A DNA stretch of 26,813 nt from UHGV virus genome UHGV-0083306. One strand, written 5' to 3'. This document shows, one piece after another, positions 25,716 to 26,813 of this stretch (positions are counted from its first letter, which is position 1; the number at the start of each line of letters is the position of its first letter). The DNA is from a virus. Both the position numbers and the translations under genes were made by a program. Below the pieces are notes generated by a model that worked only from the letters and a program-made list of their open reading frames with translations, had not been told where the DNA came from and ran no database searches.

Positions 25716-26763
25716 GCGCCGGGATTTACCCCCTAACCTTTATATAAGAAACAATGGATATTACTGCTACAGGGACCCAAGGACGGGTAAAGAGTTTGGA
25801 TTAGGCAGAGACAGGAGGATAGCAATTACTGAAGCAATACAGGCAAACATTGAGTTATTTTCAGGACACAAACACAAGCCTCTGACAGCGAGAATCAACA
25901 GTGATAATTCTGTTACGTTACATTCATGGCTTGATCGCTACGAAAAAATCCTCGCCAGCAGAGGAATCAAGCAGAAGACACTCATAAATTACATGAGCAA
26001 AATTAAAGCAATAAGGAGGGGTCTGCCTGATGCTCCACTTGAAGACATCACCACAAAAGAAATTGCGGCAATGCTCAATGGATACATAGACGAGGGCAAG
26101 GCGGCATCAGCCAAGTTAATCAGATCAACACTGAGCGATGCATTCCGAGAGGCAATAGCTGAAGGCCATATAACAACAAACCCGGTCGCTGCCACTCGCG
26201 CAGCAAAATCAGAGGTAAGGAGATCAAGGCTTACGGCTGACGAATACCTGAAAATTTATCAAGCAGCAGAATCATCACCATGTTGGCTCAGACTTGCAAT
26301 GGAACTGGCTGTTGTTACCGGGCAGCGAGTTGGTGATTTATGCGAAATGAAGTGGTCTGATATCGTAGATGGATATCTTTATGTCGAGCAAAGCAAAACG
26401 GGCGTAAAAATTGCCATACCTACAACATTGCATGTTGATGCTCTCGGGATATCAATGAAGGAAACACTTGATAAATGCAAAGAGATTCTTGGCGGAGAAA
26501 CCATAATTGCATCTACTCGTCGTGAACCGCTTTCATCCGGCACAGTATCAAGGTATTTTATGCGCGCACGAAAAGCATCAGGTCTTTCCTTCGAAGGGGA
26601 TCCGCCTACCTTTCACGAGTTGCGCAGTTTGTCTGCAAGACTCTATGAGAAGCAGATAAGCGATAAGTTTGCTCAACATCTTCTCGGGCATAAGTCGGAC
26701 ACCATGGCATCACAGTATCGTGATGACAGAGGCAGGGAGTGGGACAAAATTGAAATCAAATAA
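25693..26763 (+). CDS. int: integrase (lambda Int, tyrosine recombinase)
   Basis: 356-aa ORF MGRRRSHERRDLPPNLYIRNNGYYCYRDPRTGKEFGLGRDRR… matching lambda Int throughout. Confidence 0.95.
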   Translation: MGRRRSHERRDLPPNLYIRNNGYYCYRDPRTGKEFGLGRDRRIAITEAIQANIELFSGHKHKPLTARINSDNSVTLHSWLDRYEKILASRGIKQKTLINYMSKIKAIRRGLPDAPLEDITTKEIAAMLNGYIDEGKAASAKLIRSTLSDAFREAIAEGHITTNPVAATRAAKSEVRRSRLTADEYLKIYQAAESSPCWLRLAMELAVVTGQRVGDLCEMKWSDIVDGYLYVEQSKTGVKIAIPTTLHVDALGISMKETLDKCKEILGGETIIASTRREPLSSGTVSRYFMRARKASGLSFEGDPPTFHELRSLSARLYEKQISDKFAQHLLGHKSDTMASQYRDDRGREWDKIEIK

Positions 26764-26813
26764 TGATTTTATTTTGACTGATAGTGACCTGTTCGTTGCA
26801 ACAAATTGATAAG
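26760..26813. mobile_element. attP P' arm (arm-type Int sites and IHF H'-like site); core lies beyond the window
   Basis: Just after the int stop: ATAGTGACCT (26781-26790), ATTTTGACTG (26771-26780) and TAATGATTTT (26761-26770) are reverse complements of arm-type sites; ACAAATTGATAAG fits the IHF consensus. Confidence 0.6.

Overview
This window reads as about 26.8 kb of a mosaic lambdoid (pro)phage, oriented opposite to the conventional lambda map. Calls rest on reading the ORF translations and DNA motifs against remembered lambda/P22 sequences; no database search was run. Left to right: P22-like head/packaging genes on the minus strand (scaffold, portal, large and small terminase with a pac-like site inside the small-terminase gene); a KilA-N gene pair; a lambda-type lysis cassette (S, R, Rz/Rz1); the late leader (tR', pR'/qut) and Q; a nin region (NinH, RusA, YbcO-like, NinF, NinE, ninB); a replication module (primase-helicase, O-like initiator with internal iterons); cII, nutR, a Cro-like gene; a non-lambda immunity centre (CI-like repressor with TTACC-N4-GGTAA operators); pL, nutL and N; an early-left operon (cIII-like, Erf, SSB-like, Ead/Ea22-like paralogs, DUF551, others); then lambda xis, int and the P' arm of attP, cut off before the core. 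The most striking features are two paralogous HNH-AP2 homing-endonuclease genes, one inserted between pR'/qut and tR' in the late leader and one inserted in-frame into ninB, which also carries a -1 frameshift. Several uncharacterised genes sit in lysogen-expressed or early positions (downstream of cI, between cII and O, after N). No CRISPR array, tRNA or rRNA was seen.
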